Below are positions 1-11,203 of a stretch of DNA of 64,000 nt, piece by piece. The number at the start of each line of letters is the position of its first letter. The first letter of the stretch is position 1. Location of the stretch: the NCBI GenBank assembly GCA_965644265.1, contig OZ286460.1, positions 124,496,001 to 124,560,000 of the forward strand, written 5' to 3'. This stretch comes from Glycera tridactyla (lineage: Eukaryota). The translations under genes were made by a program, and so were the position numbers. The notes beneath the pieces were generated by a model, which did not search any database, had not been told where the DNA came from, and saw only the letters and a program-made list of their open reading frames with translations.

Positions 1-2380
1 TAGCTGTGTTGATTGATAGAGTGTCCTTGAAAATTATCAACGAAGAGCCTTTACTGTCTCAAGTAATAGTGGTTAGTCAAGGTCTCGGAGTCGCCACCTT
101 GTGGAGCAAGTGTCAATCAAATAGTTGATCGAGCGTGTACTTTGTATGCCACCTGTTGACAGATGGTTACTTCTGATTACTCCGATCCATAGATGTCACT
201 GTTGCTACCGGCTGTTAGTCTCTAGAGAGATCAACGGCCTAAAAAAAAGTGGAGTATCTCTATCCACTAACACTTGAACAACTCTAGTGATCCTTGTTTG
301 TAGTAACACGGAAAGTAGACTCAGGTTCCCTATATTCAACCAGCAAACGTTGATGAAGGTTGAAGGTTTCCTGACGTCAACTCTTACTCAGTCAGTCAAC
401 TGAAGTGCAAATGTAACTCCTTTGGCAGAAGTGTCAGTCCATCAGTCAGGTGTCTTGTCCAATGTAGAGTAGTCCGTTGATGTAGTCAATTGATCGTATC
501 AATCAAGCAATGCTTGTGGGGAAATAAAATAACAAACTTGCTTTGGCTATGCTTTAAACAAAATCGGGTCCGGAGACACCAACTAAGTGAGGCAGGGGAA
601 GGTAGAATCGGCGGGTAATGCTTCAAACAATACTCTCCCAACAACACACTAAGAATGAACTGACTTCGTCAAACAACAGACGCAGAGTTCTGATCAAGTC
701 CAATCCAATGAACCTCTAAGCAATCAACTAGAACTTTAGCTGACCACCAACTAGATCCAATCAGGCACTACCCAACTAGCAACTGGTTGTGCTCGAACGA
801 ATGAACAATCAAAATGTGCTTCCAAACGCTCGATAATATATGTGGCCCACTGATACAGGCCTGCTAATGCTTCATACAAAGCTCGTCGTTCTTGGCTGGT
901 TAATCTACTGGGTCAGTGCTCACTGTGTGTGTGTTGATACAAGATACAAGATACAAGATACAAAAATCTTTATTTAGACAGGCGTCAACAGTACATATCA
1001 TGGCATTAGAACATCACATAGTCAAATAAAAGTTATGGTTAGGCCAGGGGCCTACTCTCACACTGTAGCCTGCTTCTGTGGTGTTACTGCAGGTTGTTCA
1101 ATATGGAATGTACACATATTCACATATATTATTCTTGATTGGTTGTAGGTATACGAAGGTTGGAAAATGGTATGGTACAAATGAAGAGGCAGGATAAATC
1201 TAATCAATCAAGTTGAATTGGGAGAAATGGAACAGCCCTCCGAGTCCCCTTAGCTGGATATTTATCTGAATTCGGTACTTCCAGGGTATCAGCTAACCAC
1301 CATTCAGCAATTTCTGACATGTTCCATGTTCATATTCAATCAACACTGTGTTATGGTGAACTGTATGATGTTCTAGGCTAAGATTGAGAACTACATCCTA
1401 GTCATCAAGAGGCAATGTAATGATTAAACATCAGGTTCGTTCATGATAGTGTGTACGTCCACCATGCATGCGCTGACTGTGCGTGCATTTGTCATGTGTG
1501 CGCTGACTGTGCGTGCATCAACTGTGGGTGCGCTGGCCGTGCGTGCGTCCGCTGTGCGTGCGCTGACTGTGCGTGCGTCCGCTGATCATCCGAGTGCTGG
1601 TGAGTCATATAAGATTCTGGCAAACACAGCAGAGAGGCGGTGGTGGCTTCGGCTTGGAGAAGGTATCCAGTTTCCCGTGTTTTGCCGTATTTTTGTGTTT
1701 CGTGTGTTGTGTGTCAGAGCTCGCTTTTGCAGCCCCGTTTATAATGCATTCCGAGGTATTGCACCACCATGGTGCAATCCAAAATCAAACATGGTATTGC
1801 CACTTCCGTTTGACTGTCCATGATGTCATTAATAATCAATCAGTGGCAAGTCTCGTAGTTTCTCGGATGTTAACGGATCCGTGGCCGCAGTTGGAGTTAA
1901 AGCGAATCCCATAAGTGCCCCTGCGGTCAGTACTGATTTATGTGATTTATGTAATCTTGAGAGATATGTTACTAATAATAGCAGATCGGTGCCTCGGCGT
2001 GCCAGGTACTTCAAACCCTGATCCTGCGGCACACTTTTACCCTATTCCCGTTAATGGGTCATGATAACGAGGCTGTGGTCAGCCGAGGCTCTCTCTAGCG
2101 GTAAATATGTGAACCATATGTCAGTGCTGGTCATATATCAAGAGGTCGGGGGTTCGTGCCCTCTATAGTTACCCTGCATTTCTGATGGTGGAGGGTACGC
2201 GAAGGCAGGATGTGTAGGCAGGTGCCGATCACTCTGCTAACCACGCGTCAAAGAATTATGAAATGGTCAGTTGCCTGTATCTTTCAATCGTGAGTAATCC
2301 GATGATTAGTTGGTGGTCAATAATCGTTAAGAATTGTGTAGCCATGGTAACCGTTTAATAGCCGTGGTACACGGCTATAT
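1..2380 (-). repeat. Putative 3' LTR of the outer Gypsy element (truncated by the window edge)
   Basis: Colinear with 60250-62155 (6 differences in the first 60 nt). Carries an extra insert at 940-1443 and a 15-bp degenerate repeat tract near 1470-1585. Confidence 0.85.
940..1443 (-). mobile_element. 5'-truncated non-LTR retroposon 3' end inserted in the LTR
   Basis: Absent from the other repeat copy and flanked by TGATA on both sides (935-939, 1444-1448). On the minus strand it ends AATAAA followed by a (TTGTATC)n tail. Confidence 0.75.
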
Positions 2381-4027
2381 AAAATATTCCCCAAACTTTC
2401 AAGGTTTTTGCTCCGCTCAAAAACAATACTTATCGATGACTTTGCAGTTCATTCTTGTACAAAATAAGCAAGTCACTCAGAAAAGAGTGGTGTGTGTTGG
2501 TTCTATCAATTTTCTTGACAATCTTCTGACATCTAACACATGTTCGCCTTGTGCCCTCACACATAAAGCTGTCATCCTGTTACAAATACACGTGTTGCTA
2601 ATGTCCCTGAAGTTGTGAAAAAGGGGGGGTATGGTAATCGTTCTGCCATCACTTTCGTATGGTGCCCTTTCCCCATCAGTTTTATTATCTTATCTAATTC
2701 ACATATAATCAAATCCATCAAAGCACTCAAAGGCATCATGCTCTGCCTTTTAATGTCAAACTAATTTTGTCGATAAAACCATATCAGTGGTACAACAATT
2801 TTCATAGTACAATTTGCTACAAGGCACGTTATAGAGCCTTCTCTTTAAATTCATCATAAACAGAGACATTTGTGCTCAGTCGACTTGGCTGAGTCATAAA
2901 TCACTACATCACTCATTTTGTCAATTCTATCAGTTGCTACACTTCCAAATCCTTCATATGGACATCATGCTCTATCCGTATTACATACTTCACATTTTGC
3001 TAATTTAATTGCTAATTTTAGGAGACATCATGCATTGTACCGAAATGATGCATTTTTTTTCTTTGAAAAAATATTTTCACATAATGCATATGTATAGTGC
3101 TGGAGTTGTCACAGCTGGCACGCAGGCTGCTGGAGCAACTATGATGGGAGACCTTATACCTGGTCGACTAATAAGCTTGCACATAGTAAACTACACAGAT
3201 TTTCAACTTATGTACATTTCTGGTGTTGCCACACAGAATTCATCAAACTCTACTGAGGCATCATGCATTACCTCTTTCTCGAAAATATGATAGTGTTGGC
3301 TTGTTTCTGTCATGTTGGCATAGTATACAAAACGTCCAGTGTTTGTTTTGCTGCGTGTAGGTTGCATAATACTGCTGTTCCGGCACAGTATACAAATCGT
3401 CCTTGGGTTTCATCTCGTCAATTCTTGATGTATCAGGATAACGTTAGACTGCCATTTTGGCACAGTATACAAATCGTCAGTATATCCATTCTGTCGGTTC
3501 TTGAGAACTCAGGAGAACTTGTGACTGCCACATTGGCACAGTATACAAATCGTCAGTATATCCATACATTTGTTTTTGATGTATTTATCTGATGAATTTT
3601 CCTTCTGGTGATTTACTATCTCACAGGTGTGGGATTCTGTGTTCGTAGGGTGCGTGAACCCCTTTTTCAGGACAAGACTTTTGAATCATGCTTTGTGTTT
3701 AAAAATGAGCTGTCCAGATTATTCCTTAGATCTGATTTCTTTTACTGGTTCCAAAATATAAATCGAATGGGCTTGATGGTGTCAGACACTACTTAATCTT
3801 CAGTCATTACTGCTATCACATGTGTGAGATGGTTACCTTGTGTGACCCGCTGTCATCACCCTTCGCCGTGAATGCTTCCAAATTGGCCTAATGTGGTAAG
3901 TTGTCGGTGAATTTACCAGCTGAAATTATTTCCAAAAAAAACTTTGTGTTGGTTTCCTTATTTTTATAATTGGTCTTCTATGTCGAATCTTACTTTTAAC
4001 TTTGGTGGGAGTGGAGCTGGTCTTTTT

Positions 4028-4710
4028 CTAGAGCTTTTGGATGATGCTGTCTGAGAAAGTTTTTGCATAAGCTGGGATTTCTTTTCTGGGATCCATTCTC
4101 TTAAAATGGATCGGTGATGATGTTGATGGTTTTGGTGAGCCATCCCCCAAACTTTCATGATGATGCTTCCCAGCATCATGATATATTAATTGGTCTGGCG
4201 GTAGATTTGGCAAAGGATTGCTTGTGCATCGTTTCATCCGAGGCATATATTTGTAACGAAATAAACAAATGATCAACGTGATCATGATGATGATTGCCAA
4301 AGCCGCGCCCATCAACAAGGGCCAATCAGCCTGAAAGACACCTGGTTTCATTTCACCGAGGTGCTTCAAACCAAATGGGTTGATGTGTTGGCCCTGTTTG
4401 GCCTGCTCCACTGCATCTTCCAGATCCATTCCAAATTTATATAATTCATGAAAATCTAAATCTGCATGATCAGAGTTGACTGTGAATCGTGGTTCAGGAA
4501 TTTGTGATTCAGACTTCACGTAGGTGTTGGCAGTGTAATTGATTAATTCTGCTGGGTTCATTAGTCTGGAAAGTGCTGCAAGGTTTACTGGAAATTGGGC
4601 CTCTCGAGTCCATGTGGTTTGAGAGCAGTTATGCAGGACCAGTGAAATTGACAATGACCTGCCCTGCTCATCCATCACAGTGATACCACATGCACATGGT
4701 CGTTCCAGGA
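4028..4710 (-). pseudogene. env: C-terminal part of outer-element Env (Cys-rich stretch, PVNLAA motif, TM helix, cytoplasmic tail)
   Basis: PCACGIT...FPVNLAAL...WPLLMGAALAIIIMITLIICLF. Matches the inner Env (CGCAL...YPVNLAAI). The first ~30 aa of ORF 4028-4801 come from the transposon end, not from env. Confidence 0.8.
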
Positions 4711-4713
4711 TGC

Positions 4714-4835
4714 TAGTCCAGTGGCTTAGTGAAAAAATCGTTACGCGCCGGACTAAAGCACCAAATTTTGCACATGTGTTCTTTAGGTCCCCAAAACACA
4801 TCCTAGGTATAGGTGCCCAGGCTCAGGTGTCTAGA
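4714..4835 (+). repeat. Left terminal inverted repeat of the Academ-like element
   Basis: Imperfect reverse complement of about 45035-45166, sharing TAGTCC, CCGGACTAAAGCA, GGTGCCCAGGC and TCTAGATC blocks. Confidence 0.8.
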
Positions 4836-6003
4836 TCTCAAATTGGGTGATTTTTCAAAATGGCCGCCACCATCTGGAAAAAACACTCATTTTGGCCATA
4901 TAATCATTTTATTTCTGCAAAGAACATAATTGTAAGTCACAATTTGACAATGTATCTTCATGATAAACCATATTAGGTACCTTTCCATGAAGTAAAAAAA
5001 ATGAAATTTGTTGCGTTAAATTGAAAATACAGGCAATTTTCACCAAAATCGCCTGATTCACTGAGAATTTGTCGGATCTATACGATTGTCATTGACATAA
5101 TCCATAACATTTTCACAAGGTATGTCTCACGAGCTGATTTCTACCGTCTACTAAACTTCGAGTGAATGGCTATAGAAGATGTCCTGGCTACTAGACTCCA
5201 TCTAGATGACTATAGAAGAGATAGAATCTCCTCAGCTCGGACAGTAATAGGGGATTACTCGGGATCACTCGATTTTATCGGCTTGAGTAGACGACAACAC
5301 TCTTCCCTGATGAGAAGAGATGAAGGACGAATAGATGTAGAGTTTCCAATCTTTATTCCACACTTCACAACAAGTATGGACAATACAGTTGTTTCGGAAG
5401 TGGGGAGAGCGTGGACAGCAGGTACTTCTTGCACTAGCACATGACCACAGCAGTGCAATATCCCAAATCGATCTCCTGTGTCCACGTTCTCCCACAAGTA
5501 TTTATACGGGACTCATGGGAGTCCAATCAACCAATCATATGGCATCATGAGAACTGGTCGCCATGCTGATGTCATATTCACCATAGTATTTCTCTCTAAA
5601 TCATGCTTGTTGCTGATGAGTCACTTCGAATCCGCCTGGCTACCAACACACCTCGGATACAGATCATTATAGGCAATTTGCCAACTAAATATAGATCAAC
5701 CAATGGTCGGCCAACAAGCAGGTGATACACTCGTGATGTATGACTGATACCCACGAGTTCTTCACAAGATGGCTGACGAGTAAACAAGCCGTGAAACGTA
5801 GCTCTGGGAATATCGCCTATCCTCCCGCCCTATGGATTGGAAAGCTAATACTAATGGATAAATGGATTTAGGATACTACCCCCATTCTATATGGACATTA
5901 CTGTGACTTAACGAGTTTGATATAAAATTATCTCGGCAAACGACGGCGTTGACATTTCCCGGTAGCGAGGAACGTACTGAATATCGCTCAGTGACAGACG
6001 GTC

Positions 6004-8019
6004 ATGGCGGAGTCTATGAGTACGCCGGCATATAGCAAAGGTAGAAAATTTGACAAGCTGACGCCGGACCATGAAGCACCTGAAATGGATGACAAAAAGC
6101 CTAAGTTTAATCCCTCGCTGAGTATAATACACTACGACGGTGAGAACAATGATACAACTGGTGAAATCAATGAAGAAGGAGGGCTTTTTACCTCCACTCA
6201 GAAAAGTACGACAAAGGATTATACTGGTAGAGATTCAATGTCGGGAGACAGCCATTATAGTTCATTAGGAGTAAACAACGACGAAGATTTGACGGAGATT
6301 GACGAAGAGGAAACGAACACATCCGATGCCGAGAGCATGCTAGCCGAACAATCGAATAGTAACGATCGAGTACCGAACATAGCCGAGTCAAACACGAAAG
6401 TAAAGGCGAAAGAGTTCGGACCAACAACATGTGCTCTCGCGCCAGATGAAAACATTGTGATTGCGGAAGCCAGTCTCCACGCCTCAATAGGTGGAACACT
6501 ACAACCGCCCATAAATCTAAAAGAAGGAGTAACCAATGCACCAGATGTGACACCACCTTATAGAAAGGAAAACTTACTTGATCCGAACAAGTTAGCACAG
6601 TCAGCTGTCTTTAATAAACTGGTAGAAGACAAAGTTAGAATGGCACTGTCAAACATCATCATTCCAGCAGGAACTGAGCATTCGGAACTTGAGAAAATCA
6701 GTGCAAATCAAATGAAAAAACAAGCCAGAAACTACCTTGATGAACATGTGAAACCGCAAATTGATGAACTGGAGAGGAGATGCCGATTCGACATGGAGAA
6801 ATACGTTGAGTCTACAATGGAGGAAAGCACTGAGGCATGTAAAGAAGAATTGCTGGTGAAATTTGATGGAATTTTGAAAATAGTTGATGATCAACAAAAC
6901 CAAATCAATTCGGTCAAGAGAGGACTTAATGATCTATCTAGTAGCATTCAGAAAGAGCTTCATGCACTTAGACAGAAAAGAAATACAACAACGGGTCAGT
7001 ATACTGATATACAAATTCATGATGCATTAATGTCAGAAATTAGAGAGGCATTAGGTCAGATCACATTGTTAGTGGGGGAGCACCATGAGCGCATAGAGAG
7101 AACAGAAATCGATATTGACATACTGCAGAAAATTGAAAGACTCAGCGTGATTGTAGTTGATGGCCTTCCTGTAAGTAAGGACAAAACATTGCTTGAGCAA
7201 ATCATTGAATTTTTCAACAAAGAAACTGATGTGAAGTTGGTACCTAGTAACATTAGTCAAGTGATGAGGTTTGGCCCATCTAGATATGGAGTACCCCGAT
7301 CAATTAGAATTAGGTTGTGTGATCCAGATCTGAGGAGGAAAATCCTAAGCCAGAAAGGTAAAATAAGGGGATCAAAATATTTTATCCGGGAACACCTCAC
7401 CACGTGGGAAAGTGGCTTGCTACATGATGCCAAGGATGCTAGAAAGAAGGGAAAGTTAGCATTTGTCTGGACACAAGATGGGCGGGTATGCGTTTCCCAT
7501 GGTAGAGATTCAACCAAATTTATGATTAGTAATCAACAATCACTCATGAATGCTATTAGGAGGGGAGGGCATACCACTGATGACCTTGAAGCTGATGAAA
7601 ATCAGACCATAGATAACAAGGCTAATGGAGCAGTACAAGAAGAGGAAAATCAAAGAAGTCATGAAAAAGACACTTTGGCACCGGAAATTGGGGAAACTAC
7701 TCATTCATTAAATACTGAAGATCAAAGAGTAAATGATGATGAACAACAACCTACATCTGAACTTACAAAATCGAACACATTAGGAATTGAGCAAATATCA
7801 TTAACATTGAGAAATATACGAGCAAATATAAAAGCAAAAGAGCAATCGTTTCTTGACCAACGAGAAAGTCCAAGACAGAATCAGAGTAAATTAAACAAGA
7901 CTGACTGGCCAACACTGAAACAAACAACATTGACAGGCGAATCGGTTAGAACCGGTGTTTCTCAGATCGGGTTCACTACCGTGTATTCGAAACGCGGCCG
8001 GAGACCCCGGAAGTCGTAA
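6004..8019 (+). CDS. LINE ORF1 protein (acidic disordered N-terminus, coiled coil, RRM and CTD of L1/CR1-type ORF1p)
   Basis: 671 aa intact. Heptad-rich region, then VIVVDGLP...PRSIRIRL...YFIREHLT...WTQDGRV typical of L1-like ORF1 RRM/CTD. Same motifs in 31975-34680. Confidence 0.8.
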   Translation: MAESMSTPAYSKGRKFDKLTPDHEAPEMDDKKPKFNPSLSIIHYDGENNDTTGEINEEGGLFTSTQKSTTKDYTGRDSMSGDSHYSSLGVNNDEDLTEIDEEETNTSDAESMLAEQSNSNDRVPNIAESNTKVKAKEFGPTTCALAPDENIVIAEASLHASIGGTLQPPINLKEGVTNAPDVTPPYRKENLLDPNKLAQSAVFNKLVEDKVRMALSNIIIPAGTEHSELEKISANQMKKQARNYLDEHVKPQIDELERRCRFDMEKYVESTMEESTEACKEELLVKFDGILKIVDDQQNQINSVKRGLNDLSSSIQKELHALRQKRNTTTGQYTDIQIHDALMSEIREALGQITLLVGEHHERIERTEIDIDILQKIERLSVIVVDGLPVSKDKTLLEQIIEFFNKETDVKLVPSNISQVMRFGPSRYGVPRSIRIRLCDPDLRRKILSQKGKIRGSKYFIREHLTTWESGLLHDAKDARKKGKLAFVWTQDGRVCVSHGRDSTKFMISNQQSLMNAIRRGGHTTDDLEADENQTIDNKANGAVQEEENQRSHEKDTLAPEIGETTHSLNTEDQRVNDDEQQPTSELTKSNTLGIEQISLTLRNIRANIKAKEQSFLDQRESPRQNQSKLNKTDWPTLKQTTLTGESVRTGVSQIGFTTVYSKRGRRPRKS

Positions 8020-8703
8020 TGACGCGCATCAAGAGGGAAACCCCGTCAGACTCGTGTGGAATACGAAGAAATATCATCTGAAATCCGCAAATATGACGAC
8101 ACAAGCGCTCATTGTAAAAAGTCGTCGCAATAGCGACCAAAATCTAGGTTTCAAGAACGTGGTGAGTAAACGCCAACATTATTGAAATATACGAGAAGTT
8201 GTAAAATACGATTTATGCTGAAACCGCGTGTCAATTATGCAAGCAAATCCGAATTGAGAGGACAGGCCGAGTGGTCGTAATACCTTGTGTAATGACTTAT
8301 CTCTGGAATTTATCCAATGGACCTTGAAAAATAGGAATGATATAATGGATATCGATATATGGCGAATAGACTCCAATATCTGTAAGCAATTAACAAATTT
8401 GAAATTTAGGTTAGTTACAAAATGTTATTCGGCATGTCAATCTGACTTAGGATGACTAGAGAATTGTGCATCAAATAGGTTATTGAAATGCTTAAAATGT
8501 ATAATCTAATTGTTTTAATATCTCTCTCTACCATCAATAAAATATAAACCATTCAATAATTCTGTTCTGTAATTAGATATTGGACAGTAAAAATATAGAC
8601 CATTTAATAATTCTGTTCCAGTGTTTCCCAAAGATAGCTGATGAAATTGCAGAACAATTGTAATTAGAAATTAAACAATAAAAATGTAAAATATTTAATA
8701 ATT

Positions 8704-9609
8704 TTGTTTCAGAGTTTCCCAAAAACAGCTGATGAAATTGCAGAACAACGCGTTGCATCTATACTACAGAACAGTCCGGTTGATCGAAGAAAAGCCTTAA
8801 TTGATGAATATGATGCTCCAGAAGTCCTAGTGATGGGAAGCAGCCATGTGTGGAGGTTGGGCAGATTTGTCAAAAAACAACTCACTCACAACATCAGATT
8901 AAAGAAGGTTCTGTCAACTTGGCACTTCAAGGGCATCAGTGGTGGAAAATGGGAAACATTCATGAAGGAAATCCAGGGTATTTTCCCAGAAACCAAAAAT
9001 GGTATGAAAAAGAAGAGGGTCTATGGGAACACATTCTCACAGATTATCGAAGAACAAATTGCTCCCAATTACCTGGTACTTATTCTGGGGTCAAATGATG
9101 TGGACAGGATAGATGTCAAATTGAAGGGAATTATGTCAAGAACCAGAGATCCTAGAATTTGTAGGAGGGCCATCAACGATAAGCGTAGATCTGAATATTT
9201 GAAATTGTGTGGCATCATTGATGCAACTCTGATCTTCTTCAAGAGTAACTTTCCATCAACTACACTGTACCATATACCCATTACATGGCGTCCCTCATGG
9301 GACGATGAGGCAAGGGTTTTTGCACTATGGATTGACACATATATTCGCATGAATGCAGCAAAACACAATGAAAGATACACTGTGAAGTTCATACATACCC
9401 ACTTTTTGTTCGTTAAGCAACACAAAACACCACAGAAATCAAGGCTCCAAGGTCAAAAGAAGAAGTCCAAGAACAGACCATGTACACATGGAGATCTTCT
9501 GACAGGCATGATGGATACAGACCGCATTCATCTGAGCAAGCATGGGAATATGAGTTTATGTTTATCCCTCGTAGGACCTATCCTTGATGACTGGTTCCAA
9601 ACAACCTAG
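8704..9609 (+). CDS. SGNH/GDSL-family esterase of LINE A (main exon; probable upstream exon 8093-8161)
   Basis: Blocks VLVMGSSH, FKGISGG, LILGSND and DRIHL. The ORF-track start is a TTG lying inside a splice-acceptor-like tract (TTTTGTTTCAG). Confidence 0.8.
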   Translation: MFQSFPKTADEIAEQRVASILQNSPVDRRKALIDEYDAPEVLVMGSSHVWRLGRFVKKQLTHNIRLKKVLSTWHFKGISGGKWETFMKEIQGIFPETKNGMKKKRVYGNTFSQIIEEQIAPNYLVLILGSNDVDRIDVKLKGIMSRTRDPRICRRAINDKRRSEYLKLCGIIDATLIFFKSNFPSTTLYHIPITWRPSWDDEARVFALWIDTYIRMNAAKHNERYTVKFIHTHFLFVKQHKTPQKSRLQGQKKKSKNRPCTHGDLLTGMMDTDRIHLSKHGNMSLCLSLVGPILDDWFQTT

Positions 9610-11203
9610 GTTATAGATGGGATCAGAAATAATGTGGTGATGCTAAAAGTTCAACTCATGGTACTAATGACTGTTTCCTTCTTTGTATTTGAAAATACTT
9701 CCAGCAGCAGAATCGTTTCACCAAAAAAGTGTATTGATCAAAATTGACAAAGGTTTTGTCATAACACACTTCGTAGAACAGCAACTTATGGTTTTGCAGT
9801 AGCACATCATATTAAACAACAATCATTACCGTTGTGTATTCCTATGGAATCTCGATATGCTAGAGGAATGATGATGCCATGTAATATTAAAAGTAAAAAT
9901 AATAAAAGGCTAGATGAGGTGGGGACCATTGAGTGAAGATGGCAGCTCCTACAATTGCAGTGGTCCTACTATACTTCACTCACTGAGACCCATCCTCATA
10001 CAGCCCCAAGTATGAACCAGATTATGATTATAATCATTAAAGATGTTAATATAATCTTGAAGGTTGGAATAGTCGTGACAATCCATAAAATTAAAATTAA
10101 TCAATCAAAATCAAATTGATCTTGGATCAAACACTTGGTACAGCATATGCTCCTACGATTGCAGTGGTCCATAGCAATGCCATGTGTGGGAACCTAACAA
10201 TGCAATGAATAAGTGGAACTTGGGATGCTGTGCTCCTACAAATTGCAGTGGTCCACAGATTACCCTGGTGCCATGTAATGTAAAGCAAAAATTATAGAAA
10301 ATATTTTGGCATAAAATACAAATCTCTTGTATTTTGACTGTTCAATATTAGACCAGGGGGGTTGACCAAAGTGTTGATTATATTGCTGTGGTTTCTTTTG
10401 CCAAGAGTAATGATGAGAATGAGTGTCTTACCATGATTGTGATTTATTTTACTTAACAATGGAAAGTTGATTATGATGAAGATGTAATATGAATATGAAT
10501 ATGAAAGAAGAAGGATGTAGATCTTTTGTTGCCCAAGTTAAAGAGAAAGATTGTGTTTATATGGGCTGTCAATTAATTTTAATTATTTTCAACTGGCTCT
10601 GACTTTAGACCAACATATTACATTATTAAATTTCCTAAGTTTACTACCTTGACTATGTTTGTGAATCTGGATCACAAAATTAGACGGGAGCCTAGACACT
10701 GAAATTTGTCTGCTGGAACTAAAAAGCAGGGAATGATATCAGAGCATTTTTAGTTAATGGTTTCCATCTTGGTTTAAAGAGTGTCACCTGCTTCATATTA
10801 TTTGATTTATTGAATCAATTAATTCATGTGTCCCGGGTAGTTGCACCATTATTGATTAACCTACGTTTGAATTTAACCTATGGATAATTAAAAATGATTT
10901 AATGAAAAATCACTGGATTCACCAGACAAATTTATTAGTTGTATTAGTTCAACTCTTGCTCCCACAGAGAGGGTGTCTGTATTCGCAGAAAAGGGTGGGG
11001 GATGGGGGAGGGGTGTAACCCGAGCTTCAGTTCCTTTCAGATTCTTAATTTTTGACCTAATCAATCCTCTGATTATTAATATCATTGTTGGATGTGATTA
11101 TTTGTGAATTGGCCATTTTGTTTTGTTTCAAAATTGAGCTAAGCAACTTAGCGTAAATAATCTTCATACTTTTCATTTATCATATCATATACTGTATATT
11201 TGA

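Noticed and set aside
1443-1914. ORFs inside the LTR-like repeat (also 61117-61668)
   Set aside because: Frames and lengths differ between the two copies, they overlap a simple repeat tract, and no motif was recognised.
4711-4801. N-terminal 30 aa of the 257-aa ORF 4028-4801
   Set aside because: Read from the Academ terminal repeat; not part of env.
5166-5787. Short ORFs between the Academ left end and LINE A
   Set aside because: Under 95 aa, on both strands, no motif; likely LTR or UTR sequence.
9920-9990. HDV-like ribozyme (CUCCU loop inside a GGACC/GGUCC stem)
   Set aside because: No GG for P1.1 after the stem and no clear P4/J4-2. Only one of three copies has the outer stem.
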